A DNA stretch of 64,000 nt from Vitrella brassicaformis CCMP3155 (GCA_001179505.1 CDMY01000366.1:398244-462243); one strand, 5' to 3'; shown: positions 36,410 to 48,700, counted from the stretch's first letter. Notes: generated from the sequence alone by a model not told the origin. Numbers and translations are program-made.

Positions 36410-37535
36410 ATGCTACAGATCTTTCTGTGCCTCATCGGCCTCGCTGCTGTGTGCGGTACTGCCTCCTCCAACACCAACACGACGGCTACTGCGGCCAACC
36501 CGTCAGCTGCTGATGTCACCACCAACGAGACGGTAGGGAGGCTGCCTGTCACTGTGTGTCGGTTCTCTTTGCATCTGCTGCTGTGAATGTTTGTGTGTGC
36601 AGTCGGTGTCGATGCCCGAGGCAGATCTCGATGCCACTCCTCTCAATAAGAACGTGGGCAGTCTTAGTTGCTGATGCGTGTGTCTGTGTATGTGTGTGTA
36701 TGCGGCGTCTGCGTGCAGGTCGCTGATGGCGAGGACGGCGACGAAGAAGAAAGAGCGCGGCGACGTCTGCAGTTCGGCGTCGGCGACATCCAGATTCCCG
36801 ATGTTGAAGATATTGAAGCACAGCTTGATGCTGCCGAGAATACATGGTCCGAGGTATACCCGTTCTCGCACGAGGGCGTTCAAGGTTGCAATGACCAGGA
36901 CCTCATCGACATGGCAGCGGCAAAGGGACATGAGTTTGCAGAGAAGTGGGGGGGCGGATGGCGCTTCTACGATGCCGAGATTGATGGAACCCCCAACAAA
37001 ATTAAATCCGGGGGGGACGTGGGGCTCTTTGGCGTGGAACCGCGCAAGTGCTCGATAACGGGCAGGGTGGAGATCACGATGGTCAAAGAGGATTACGTAC
37101 GCGGCATACACGCGAGTCAGAAGCTGTCCTTTCGATTCGACTCATTGTGCATGTGTGTCTGAGTAGTGGAGGAAAATCTACCTTCGCAACAGATGCCACG
37201 AGCCCATCAAAATTTTCGCCCGCTACAAGACGACGTCCGGTGAGTGGGACTGCGAGTCGGAGACAGTCAATCCCGAGAAGGACTTTTACATGTCCGACGG
37301 CGGCAAGGATATCCGGGTGGATGGCGACAGTAGCCGCATCTACTGGTACGCGGAGAGCACCGTCAGCAGCAAGAAAATTTCAGATCCCGATGCTTCTCCA
37401 AGAGAGTGTGACGGGCGCGATCTGAAGATGAGGACCAAGGACAAAGGCGACCTGGACACAGATGGGAATTGGCGCATCTCTATACCCCCCTGCGACCGTC
37501 GCCTCCGGGGGGTGACAGCCGACGATGAAGATTGA
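36410..37535 (+). CDS. Secreted protein with RRL motifs and a C-terminal beta-rich Cys domain (DUF1036-like), copy 1
   Basis: Signal peptide MLQIFLCLIGLAAVCGTASS; RARRRLQ; last exon WRKIYLRNRCHEPIKIFARYKTTSGEWDC...IYWYAES...ECDGRDLKM...PCDRRLRG; GT-AG introns. Confidence 0.85.
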
Positions 37536-38370
37536 GTGCTGATGCGGGGTGGGTCATTGTGTTGATGTACATGCTGTTTTGTTACCTGGCGCCCCTCTGT
37601 CGAGGGGGTCTGTGCGTGGGTGGGTGGGTGTGCTACACATGGGTAACAGACCGCTTGCTCTCTACATGGTGGCCCCCCTCGGTTTCGGTGTCTTGTTTGC
37701 TCAATCGGAAGGGGGCCTGAGTGCATGGGTGTGTGTGTGTGTGGTCAGTCATGTGTGTAGTGGCAGTCCGTGTGAGGAGTTGGTACGTTGAGTAGCATAC
37801 GGTTTGCTCTCGTGTGCACACTTTGTGTCGCATTTGATGAAGCCCGACATGTATGTGGTGCATGCGTGCGTGTGGATGGATGAATGGTGGCACTCACTTG
37901 AGCAGTGGCTGCATGGTTTACGGATTAGCTCAGGCACTTCATGGGTGTCTGGGTCATCGGCTGCCTGTCTGTCTGTCTGTCTGTCTGCCTACTCCTCTTC
38001 TGCCTGCTCGAGTGCTCATTTGCGTGCTCGTTTGCTCGCTTACCTGTTTGAGTGTACGTCGGAGCGGGGGAAGTGTGTGCTGCGTGTGGGGTGCGGCATG
38101 TCGGGCGGTGTCATCCGATGTGGATGAGACAGCTGCGTTTCGTACTAGGTTTCGTACCTACCCCTCTTTTATCTACTCGACTGCCTGATTGGTGGTTTGT
38201 GTGTATGAGTTGGTCGCTGTTTGCGTCCTCCCTCCTCTCGCCTCTCTCTCTTCGTTTGACCTGTTTTGACCGAATCCTGGCGGCTCCCCTCGCATGGCCA
38301 CCTGTGTGGATGTGTGGATGTATGGTCGCTGTCGCAGTTGATACACCTCGATCTGTGTGTCCGTGGTGAG

Positions 38371-38408
38371 GCAGAGTATTCGAAGGGATGCAGAGTATTC
38401 GAAGGGAT
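38371..38408 (+). repeat. Perfect 19-bp tandem duplication GCAGAGTATTCGAAGGGAT x2
   Basis: Seen directly. Confidence 0.9.
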
Positions 38409-38832
38409 GGAACAGACAGACAAGCGTGTCTCTTCTGTGTGTGGATGTGTGGGTGTGGGTGTGGGGTGGGCCGAATTTGATGAAGCGCATCTGCGTGTAA
38501 TGTAATTGACGAGTGGCTGCCTTCATGTGTGGCGAGTGTGCGTGTCTTAAGGATTGAAAGAGACACTTTATGGGTGTGCGGCCTCGTGTGGTGGACCGAT
38601 TGAAGAATGCACTTGCACGCACACGAGGCCTTCAGCGATAGCGAATGTCACAACTGAAGACACAAATCTGTCGAGCCAGCCACTCAGTCCCTCACCTCAC
38701 ACACACACGCAGGCCCCTTTTCCCTTGAGCTGACATCCATTCATACAACACATACGCAATACACCCACGCACAGCTGACTCCCTGTCCCCCTCTCCCTCC
38801 CATCCCCTCTCAACCCCACTTGAGTCACTCAG

Positions 38833-40583
38833 TCAGGCGGCCCGGCGCGCCCGTCCAACGCGCCGCGCTCTCGCGTTGAGCCGCCTCTTCGGGAACGACA
38901 AACGTCTGTAGCCAAAAATCTGCCCCTGCCAGTGCAGCAGATAGCTCCTGAGGCCCTGCATCGCCTCTAGCGTCAGCAGGGCCGTCCGAGACTTCTTGAC
39001 GGGCGGCTGCTTCGCCGTGTCTCGTCGGACGGAGGCCCCCGACAGCGGCCTCTTTCTGCCCGTCAGGTCATCTTGGTCGTGTGTGTGCTTGAGCGTGGCT
39101 ACGGGTGGGGGGCTGTTGCCCGTGGGCCTTGTGTGGGGGGCGGGGAGTGTGCGAGAGACGGCAGCATCCTTGGCGAGCGATGGGCTCGACCACAGTGACA
39201 CCCGGCGCAGTACGTCAGCGGCATTGGCGGTCGGGGAACAGTGTGGGATGGGCCTTTTCTCCAGGTAGTCCGAGTCCCTTGGCCAAAACCTGAGAGGGAG
39301 ATCCAGACAGACACACACAGACACACACACAGCCAGACACACGGGCACACAGATGAATGGGAAGCGGTCGGTATGGTGTGATATGTCCGCCACATACGTG
39401 CATGTCCTTGGGGCAGTTTGTGTCGGCGTGCAGCTGCAGCACGGTCTTCTGCCGGGATTGCGAGTACCTCGTCTGGTCGCTCTGTCAACATAAAGGGACC
39501 GCATATATACGAACGAATGACCCGCCCGACCGACACTCATGACTGAAGGGGGGTGCGGGTGCGTACCATGGTGAAGTTCTCCCACGGTTCCTTCGCCAGC
39601 GTGTCCAAATGGTGCCCGAGCTCCTCATGCTCCTACACCCACACGCACATATAGGTTTGTGCTGTGCTGTTGGCACCGATTCCCCCATACCATCATCAGC
39701 TGTCTCTCAGATGGCCCTTCGAGCATCTTGACCTTACAGACCTGCAGGCATACATAACAAAGACGGACACATGTGGGTGTTGTGCATGTGTGTCGTGTGA
39801 TGCCTTACCGTCGGTTGGCCTCAAGTGCCGACGTGTCGTGGTCCTTGTCCCCGAACGACCACACACACGACACACCGACCCCCTTCTGACGCAACGCCTG
39901 GAACAGAGTCGCAAAGCAGCCACGCTGCACACACGCACACACGGACAGACAGACAGGATTGCCCTGATTCCATTCGACGCGTCCCTGTGTGTGGGCCTCC
40001 TGCATACCTTCCATTTGCCCGGGTGGAGGTCGCCTCGGCCGGTCGCCTCGGCATGGCTGCGGGCCGAGATAACGGGAATGTGGCGGCTCGTCAGGTAGGC
40101 CCTCACCCCCTGGTACCCTGCGCCAGAGTCTTCTCCAGCCTGTTACACCAAACATGCACACCGTTTGCACTGGTGTGTGGTCTTGTTGTACATGTGTCTG
40201 TGCGACTGACCATTCAGGCGATGTGTTCGATGCGATGCCCAGATACCCTCGAAACATGTTGACCCCAAACTTCATCGCTGGGCCGCTGCCGACTGGCCGA
40301 AGTGGTCAGGCGCCGTCAAGTAAGATGCCCCTGAGGACAAACGATGCACCTGCACAGAGAGAAAGGGCGCTCTTGACCCATCTGGTGTGGCACAAGGGGG
40401 CACGGTGACGCACCTGCCGTGGCGCTGGCCTTCCTGTTGGACTGACAGGGTCGCTCTCTCACAAGCGGCAAGCTTCTGGAAAGCCTCCTCCGCTGCGAGC
40501 TTCAAGTTGGCGCATCCCCGAGGGTTTGGGTCTTTCCCAGGGCGTCCGAATGCTATTGCGCCAGAAGATCTGCTTCTACTCAA
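38833..40583 (-). pseudogene. Decayed HAD-like hydrolase gene, copy 2
   Basis: FQKLAACERATLSVQQEGQRHGRC, IASNTSPEW|LEKTL, VRAYLTSRHIPVISARS...GKWK|...VWSFGDKDHDTSALEA, KVKMLEGPSERQLMM|EHEELGHHLDTL, and a last exon ending RRVGRARRAA*. Frameshift at ~40120 and an apparently lost splice acceptor. Confidence 0.55.
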
Positions 40584-40623
40584 CCTAGATCAGCCCCTTT
40601 CTCTCCGAGAAAACTATCTCTCG

Positions 40624-41637
40624 ATGAAGCTTGAGATCTTCCTGTGCGTTGTCGGCCTCGCTGCTGTGTGCGGTACTGCCTCCTCCAACACCAACACGAC
40701 GGCTACTGCGGCCAACCCGTCAGCTGCTGATGCCACCACCAACGAGACGGTAGGGAGGCTGCCTGTCACTGTGTGTCGGTTCTCTCTTCATCTGCTGTTG
40801 TGAATGTGTGTGTGCAGTCGGTGTCGATGCCCGAGGCAGATCTCGATGCCACTCCTCTCGATAACAGCGTGGGCATTCTTAGTTGCTGACACATCTTCTT
40901 ATTGGTGACACTGTGTGTATGTGTATGTGAGAGTGTGCAGGTTGCTGATGGCGAGGACGGCGGGAGTCGCCGTCTGCAGTCGGATGAGCAAGTCTTCAGA
41001 GAAACCGTTTCACACGAGGGCGTCAGGAGGTGTGACAAGTCGGCCCTCATCGAGAAGGGCGAGGCAATAGGCCGTGAGCGTGCAAGGGAGTGGGGGGGCG
41101 GATGGCGCCTCGAGTCTGTGGAGGTTGTGGGGGACCCCGAGCCAACCACGACCAGGAGAAGTGCCGACACACCGAGTAGCTGCTCCATATCTGGCACCGT
41201 GGAGATCACGCTTGTCACGGTATCATCCACGCGGATCTGTGGACACAGCTGTGTGAATCCACCTTTGTGTGCTGTGTGTGCAGTGGAAAAAAATCGGCGT
41301 CCTCAACAAATGCGACGAGCCCCTCAGGATTATCGTCCACTACAAGCCGAGGTCCGGCGACTGGGTCTGCAGTGACTGGTATAGTGTCAGTCCCGATGAC
41401 GACAAGGGGTACTTCCCCTTCCAAGTGGATGGCGAGTGGGAGATCTACTGGTACGCGCACACCACCGTCAGCGGCGCGCGGTGGCGCGGCTACGGCGACG
41501 ATATCAAGGAGTGCGAGGGAGAGGATTTGGACATGCAGGTGGCAACATTGGATGAGGACCTCGACTATGACGGCAATTTCTTCCTGAGACTGACATGCGA
41601 CCGGCGCCTCCTCCGAGGACGCCAACTCGATCGCTGA
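40624..41637 (+). CDS. Secreted protein with RRL motifs and a C-terminal DUF1036-like domain, copy 2
   Basis: Signal peptide MKLEIFLCVVGLAAVCGTASS; GSRRLQ; last exon WKKIGVLNKCDEPLRIIVHYKPRSGDWVCSDWYSVSP...IYWYAHTT...WRG...ECEGEDLDM...LTCDRRLLRG. Confidence 0.85.
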
Positions 41638-42237
41638 AGCAAGTTGAAGCCAAATGGGAGGGAGAAAAGGCCGTGTGTGCTTCATGTGGGGTGGGTTCAC
41701 GTTATGTGTGAATGAGCACATCTTTTTCGTGTCATCGAATCTGGATGGGAGAAAGGACGCCTGTACTGTATTTGTTGTGTACCTGCTGCTTTCCCACCCG
41801 CTCGAGTCGAGTGCTTGCTCCTATGTGAGTTGCGCTAGTCGCGTAGCTGGCCGCCGACACGCTCCCCCCTCCCTCCCTCCCTCGTGCGTTTCTTGGCCTT
41901 CCGTGTTTTTTGGGCCAAATCCTGGCGGCTCTCTCGAGTGTGGCTTTGGGTGTGAGTGTGGGTATGGGGTGGCAGTAATGTGTCCTACACATCGTGAGCG
42001 TGTGCGTCGTTGAGGGCCTGGAACTGTGGAACAGACGGATTGATGGGCGGGACTGGGTGCTGCATCGGTGAACGGATTGGATCGATGGACTGAAGGATAC
42101 ACACGAGTTCAGGTGTCCATCACCCACCCACCCAACACGCGCCACACATACAATACACCCATTAATGCATCCATCAACGCATCGAGGCAAAACGGCCCCG
42201 CCCCACACGCATTCCCCTCTCATCTGCCATCGATGTA

Positions 42238-45200
42238 TCACTTCTTCTTGCTCTGCACACTTCTAGTGAAGCCAAAGTTGGTCAACGCGTTGGCGGCAAT
42301 CCCCTCCTCCCCATTCTTCTTCCCCCCCTTGCCACCCCCGCCGCCCCGCTTCCATCCCCCCTCCCTCACCACCGCCCCCAGCCCAGCATAGGGGTTCTTG
42401 TTGTGCAAACTCCTCTCCTTCTGCAGCCGCTCCTCTACTGACGCGCTCTCCGCTGGTGTGGGCCGGGCCAGCATCGCGGGGGCGCTCGTCTTCGGCTTCT
42501 GCGCCAGGAAACCAGCCAGGCCCCCCTGTGCTGGCCGCTTCTGGCCACCACCCCCGAGAGCACGCCTTCTCGGCTCGTCGCCACTATCACCAGGGCTCGA
42601 TAGCCGCATTCGGAACCCCTCGACCACCCCCTTCTTGCCTTTGTCCCCTGGGCCCCCATTGCCATCGCCATGGCCTGTTTCCTCTCTCGTGGCCTCCTCG
42701 CGCTCGTCACTGCCGCCGTCGTCCGAAGGAGTGGTGATGGTGATGATGGGAGAGAGCTTGGTGGCCTTTGCGTGTTTGGCGGCGCTCTGGTGCCTCTGGT
42801 GGGACTGCACGCGCCTGTTGGCCAGGCTGAATGGGTTGGGCTTGGGGGGCGGACCGGGGAGCGGGGCCGACTGTTGCTGCTGCTCTGGGGGTGGTGGTGC
42901 CCGGGGTGCCGCTTCCTGGTGCTGCTGGTGCTGGTCTTGGTCTTGGTCAGGCGCCCCTTCTTCCGCCTTCTCCTCAATCAGTGGGTCCTCAACGCTGCAC
43001 ACATGTCACACAGAGACACCGGCAGCGTCAGTGGAATGCCACAAGAGCGTGTGCATGGCAGCTCACTCTATCATCTCCAGGAGCTCGTCAAGCGATGTCT
43101 TGTGCCGCCTGCGATTGGCTACAGGGGCCGGCGACGGCTCAGTCTCCGCCGGCTTCTGCTGCACGGGCTCCTGGGCCGCCTCACCTGGTTTGGTGAAGAC
43201 GAAGGCCAGTTTTTCTTTGGGGGCGGGCTGGGGCGGGGGCTGCGAGAATGCTGGTGGTGGGTGTGAGGGTGCGGGGTAGTCGGTGCCGGCACCGCTGCGG
43301 TAAGCCTTGTCTAGGTTGGCTATGAAGGTCTTCAACAGCTGACGCTCAGACGCAGACAACTGATCGAACAAAAGAGGACGGGAGATGGTCGGGGAATGGT
43401 GCTGATGGAGGTTTGTGTGCCTGCTTGCACTTACGGTGTCGGTGGCCCGTGCTTTCTTGGTTCTTGGGTTGATGCGGCCCGACACGAGCTGATGCACCTC
43501 TACGGGGTCATCAATCGCCGTCCCTACCACTGCACTCATATCCATCTGCACACACACACACACACACACACACAAGTTGGCATCCATCCATCCATCCACC
43601 CATCCGTGTCTCCCCTCCCTCTTTGCTGGTATACGTCCTGCGGCAGCTCTGGCTGCGTCTTGAGCGAGGTAGCGATGGAGGTCATGCACTTCTGCTGTGG
43701 GTGGTAGACGATGTGGTTGAGGAAGACGGCCATGGCCCTGTTGGTCGGGTTGAAGAAGTCGGCCTTTTTCTCGGGCAGCTTGTCCTTCCACTTGCGGTTG
43801 ATACGCATGAACTCGTACACCTGACGCAAACAAACACAGACACATAGACACAGACGTGAATGCACACGTCTGATTGGGTGAGTTGTGCTATGTGTTGCGT
43901 GTTTTGACCCTTTTTATGGTCTTTCGCTGGCGGATCTGCTCGAAGGCCGTCTTGATGCCAAACCCCTGTGTGGGCAATAGCACGTGCAGGAGCTTCTCTC
44001 CATTTCTTAACCTTGCACGCGCCAACCTGTATGTTGATGTCTGATGTGTAGTCGCAGCCGCAGAGTATGCAGAACTCCACAAACCTCTGATGCGACCACC
44101 GCCGCAACGACGACAAGGCACCCTGCACACACACACACACACACACATCCATTCACACATACATACTGAAGGTACCCACACACACCCACACACCCCACCA
44201 CACCAGCTCACCCATCTATCGCCCTGGTCGCTGTCGTCCCCCTCGTCCACCTCCATGGGCGACGTTGACGACTCACCCACCCCCTCCCCCTCCCCCGCCC
44301 CCGCCTTGCCCTTTCTGGCGGCCTTGCCATCGTCGGGCAGGTCGGCGATCGCAGACAGATCCACCAGGTCACCGTTGCCCCACTTGTCCAACCTACGCCC
44401 ATCCACACGGCAGTACAGGTAGTCGACATGTGTCTGCTGGTCGGCCGCGCTTACTTGTAGAGGACTTTGGGGCAGCCGTATGCGAGCAGGTCGGAGTCCT
44501 CTGAGATGACAACCTCCTGCACACAAAGACAACACAGCACGACACGTGCACACGTGTATGCGGTGCCAAGATGACGGACCACGTATCCGATTCTGGCGAG
44601 AAAGGCCAGCTCGGCGTCGGCCTCGTATGGCGCCACCAGCACCTCCACCCCTACAGTCTTGCCGCCACTCGTGTGCTTGGGCAGCAGACGAAGCGCCTCT
44701 ATCACACGGTCGATCTGACCACATGCATGGCCATGTGGGACGAATGGCTGGTCGGATTGATGTCGTTGTCGAAGGGCGTACCATGTCTCCAGTGACGGAG
44801 ATGGCCTGCATGGCTTTGCTCTGCATCTCCTTGTCGTCGGCCGTCTTGCCCGCCTTGCGCAAGCGATCCACCTCCTGCTGCGCATCCTTACGACGCCTAC
44901 ACACACACACACACACGAATGCATCCACAACAGGTGCTCCTGCCCTGGGTGTGGGGTGTATCTTCCCCCTTCGCTCACTTGTGTCTGTCCTCATCCTCCT
45001 TGGCCTTGGCTGGTAGGGAATCGCCATCAAACACTGCACCAGAACACACACACACACACACATATGGATGGTTCCTCTTTCCTTGATTTCTGTCAGGTCG
45101 GCCACTGACCGATGACGGGGCTGATGTCACAGTTGAGGAGCAAAGTCACCATGCGCAAAAAGAACCGGATGAACCTGAAAACCGTTGCATACGACAAGAC

Positions 45201-45598
45201 GACAACAAAGCGCCATTGCAAATGCAGTCCCTGCGTGTGATATCGGCCTCACTTGTCTGTATCCTGCCCCGTGGCCAGCTCATACGCACATGCGCACGCC
45301 CCTCTGTGCATCCAGCACATGGCGTCCACGCCCACGCGACATCCGCTGAAGCTGACACACATGAACAGATGCACCACACCACCGGCATTGCAAACGGATG
45401 GCACACAACGCACCACACCATCACGGCGGCCGTTTCTTAGCGTTTGCTCACTTGTCTATGGAGGCCTTCTGCACCACCGGCTTCAGAAATTGCTGACAGA
45501 GAGGAGGGAGAGGAGGAACGGAAAGCAATGGATCAAAAGGTGGCATCTCCGCATTGTGCACTACAACCGAGCCTTACCAGAAGGTTCTTGATCCCCAT
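42238..45598 (-). CDS. EXO1: Exonuclease 1 (XPG/Rad2 family), multi-exon
   Basis: MGIKNLL|[66 protein letters not shown]|[29 protein letters not shown]. Low-complexity tail. Confidence 0.95.
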
Positions 45599-45703
45599 CG
45601 TCCGCCAAAAAAGGCGGGAAGGGGACTGAAAGGGGAATTGCGAGCTCGAAAGATCCCAGCCGCGCTAAAGTAGCTAGAAGCCTTTCCATCGCTCCTCGGC
45701 GGT
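45599..45703. promoter_or_regulatory. 105-bp bidirectional promoter; TGCGAGCT at 45639-45646
   Basis: Divergent ATGs at 45598 (-) and 45704 (+), with the motif near the centre. Confidence 0.6.
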
Positions 45704-48700
45704 ATGGCGGGTCGCATAAAGCTTCAGTTGTCAGGTGGGGGTCCGCCGCGGTGGCTCCTGCTGCCCAAGGACTGGGAGGAGCTCAAACGACAGACCCTCG
45801 CCCGCCTGGAGCTGGCGGGTGCCGATGACGATGCCGTGCTCAGGTGAGGGCTGGGGAGGACGGGAGGGGACAAATCGAGGCCAGATCTACGGATTCTGAC
45901 GGTTTTCATCCTCGCGAATGGTCGTGTGTGGTGTGGGTGTGTGTTTCCTGCCGTCAGTTCGCTGCGTTACTTCTGTGAGGGCGCCCTTATCGACAGCATG
46001 GCGCTCATACAGGGAGGTACGCCAAACAGGGCGGGGGAATGCATTCAGATCCATCCATCCATCCATTTTCGTGTTTTTGTGGTTGGCCTGTGTGTGGTGT
46101 GGTTTGTGGTGCCATGTGCAGGTGATTTGTTGACGGTAGAGGTGGATATGGCCAGTGTGGATGTGGCCGCTGAGAAGCTGCACCAGCAGGCGGCCGCCGT
46201 GGCTGCCGCATACTCACCATCGTCCTCGCCCGCCCCATACCCTGACGCCGATACGGACACGGGCATCACCGCACAGCAACAACAGGCTCACCAACAGGTA
46301 AATGATCTCCCCCTAACACGCCAACAGCCACACGTGTTTTCATCCATCCACAGGTGGTTCAGATTCAGAGCCCCGTCGCGAGTTCGTCCAGCAGTAGCAG
46401 CGGTAGCAGCAGCGGTGGTTGCCATGGTGCCGGGGGTTATGTCGTGGGTGACCATGGCGGCCATCGGCAGGAGGTGCACTGCGGGGGTGCGGGGGGTGGT
46501 GCCCTGAGTGGGTGTGGTGGCGATGACGGTGTGTCGATGAATAGCGAGCGGCCCGAGGAGGAGCGACCGCAGGAAATGGCACCACCCAAACAGGCCGAGT
46601 ACCGACTCGTCAACGCTAGCTACAAAGTGAGAGCCTGACCAAAGGGGGAGGGGTGTGTGGCGTGTTGTTATGCTGATGTGTGGTGTTCTTTGTGTGGTGT
46701 TGTATCAGGCTGATAAGGGCGACGGTATGCAGCTGACGGTCAAGAAGGGCGATGCGGTCCAGGTGTTCCTACGCGACCCATCCGGATGGACATACGGCGA
46801 GTAAGCTTCCCTCCCTCCACAAAACACACCGAAACGGGACACACCAACACCACCCATCCATCCATCCATCCATCGCTTCTTCTTTTCCTCCTTGCCCAGG
46901 TTGAGCAACGGCAACTGCGGGTGGTTCCCCGACCGATGCCTAGGCAAGCGCCTCACCGGCCACGAGTTCCACTCCTCCCTCAACGCACAACAGCAGCCAC
47001 AGACCACCACCACATCCACCTACCCTTACCCCCACGAGCACCACAACCACCAGCAGCAGCCCACCCCATCGGAGTCCCTCGGCCAGGGACGCTACACACC
47101 CCAGCACCACGCACAGAACCACTACACCCACGGCCAGCAGCAGCAGCAGCAGCAGCAATCGGGTGTGGTGCATTCGACGCTCAACCCCCGAGCCAAGCCG
47201 TGGCACCCCTTCCAGGGGCCCTCATTTAGCGATATACTCATGCGGGGCGGCGGACATGGCCACGGGGGACATGGCGGGGGTGGGGGAGGGGGAAGGGGTG
47301 GGAGCGGCGTAGGGTCGACGGGCAGCGGTCACGAGGACAAGACCCCATGTGTGCAGGCGGGACAGGGCGACGGAGGCAAGGGTAAGGACAAGCGGAATGA
47401 GCCAGAGAGAACCGTGACTGATGGCCGTGCATCGCCTGTGTTCTGTCTGTCTGTCTGTCTGGGTGTTGGCCATCAGGTCGTTCGTTGTTGCGTATGTTGC
47501 ACCAGCAGGCGGATGCCAGTAGCGATGAGGCGCCCCCGCCGCCCTCACCCCTGCTGTCCCTCAGTGACGGCCAGGAGGGCGGCGGCTCACCCGTCTCCCT
47601 CTCCGCATCACACAACGGCCGCAACATCAACAGCAACAGCAACAGCAACCCCCGCGGCGGGTCGCCCCCCAATGGCGGCCTGAGCAGCAAGTTCTTCTGC
47701 CGTCGGTGCCGCGTTAAGGAGGCCGACCTCGGCGAGCGCCTCATAGTAAGGCGGGAGGGATATGGGATGGCTGGTGGGGACGGGATGGATGGATGGATGG
47801 AGAGGGGTGCGTGCGTACCATCTGTTTGAACTGCATGCATTCCCCGGTGGATGTGTTGGGCGTGTGTGGTGGTAGGTGTGTGGGGGTTGCCGTTTCGTGC
47901 GTTTCTGTAGCGATGTGTGCCAGGAGGCCAGCAAGCACTCGCACGTAGACACCGGGGAATGCATGCAGTTCAAACAGATGGTACGCCCATCCATCCATCC
48001 ATCCATCTATCTATGGGTCCATGAGTGGAATAGATACTCCCACACCTTCACACGTTCTCTCAATGTGTGTGTCGTGCGTGTGTGTAGGTGATGGACTACA
48101 AGAAGCAGCAGCACTCATCCCCCCAGCAGCAGCAGCAGCAGCAGCCGTGCCCCTTCTCCCACGACGCACACCCATTCCCCTTCTCACACGAGATGATCTG
48201 CCGATCGTACGTCAAGCGCACCAACAACACACAGGGCGACGGCGAGCATGACGACCAGGCGATGCTGCTGCGGGAGGCGGGAGGACACAGGGGCCGCTCA
48301 TGGGTGCAGGTGGCACAGCAGGGCGGCGGGCCGAAAAAGTAAACAGAGCACACACACACAGAAGACACATGAAAAGATCTTGGCCCACACGCAATGGCCG
48401 GCCATATGCCCTTTGTCTTCGTTATCAGGGTGTCGTTCGCGGTGAAGCAGCCTGGGGGCAACGGCGGCAAGTCGTCTAAGGATGACCGTGACAGCAGGGG
48501 TGGCGGGCGGTCCATGGTGACCCCCACCCTCCCCTCGCCACTCAAATCGTCCACCCGCCCCCGCGCCCCGCCGCCCATCTCCTACTCGGCGTGCATCACC
48601 AAGACCAACTCGGGACCACACACACCCCAGCTGAGCGAGAGCGCCCTGCCCGTGACGGAGGCCAAGGGCCACACTCTGGCGCCAACGAGCCCGACGCGTG

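Noticed and set aside
34714-36513. 599-aa plus-strand ORF
   Set aside because: It is antisense to the HAD-like remnant, crosses minus-strand introns and microsatellites, and has no recognisable motifs.
38371-38408. 19-bp repeat as a possible CRISPR-like or other array
   Set aside because: Only two adjacent copies with no spacer in a eukaryotic intergenic region; an ordinary slippage duplication.
47832-47839. TGCATGCA (ApiAP2-type element)
   Set aside because: It and its near-matches are scattered mostly in introns, with no positional pattern in this window.
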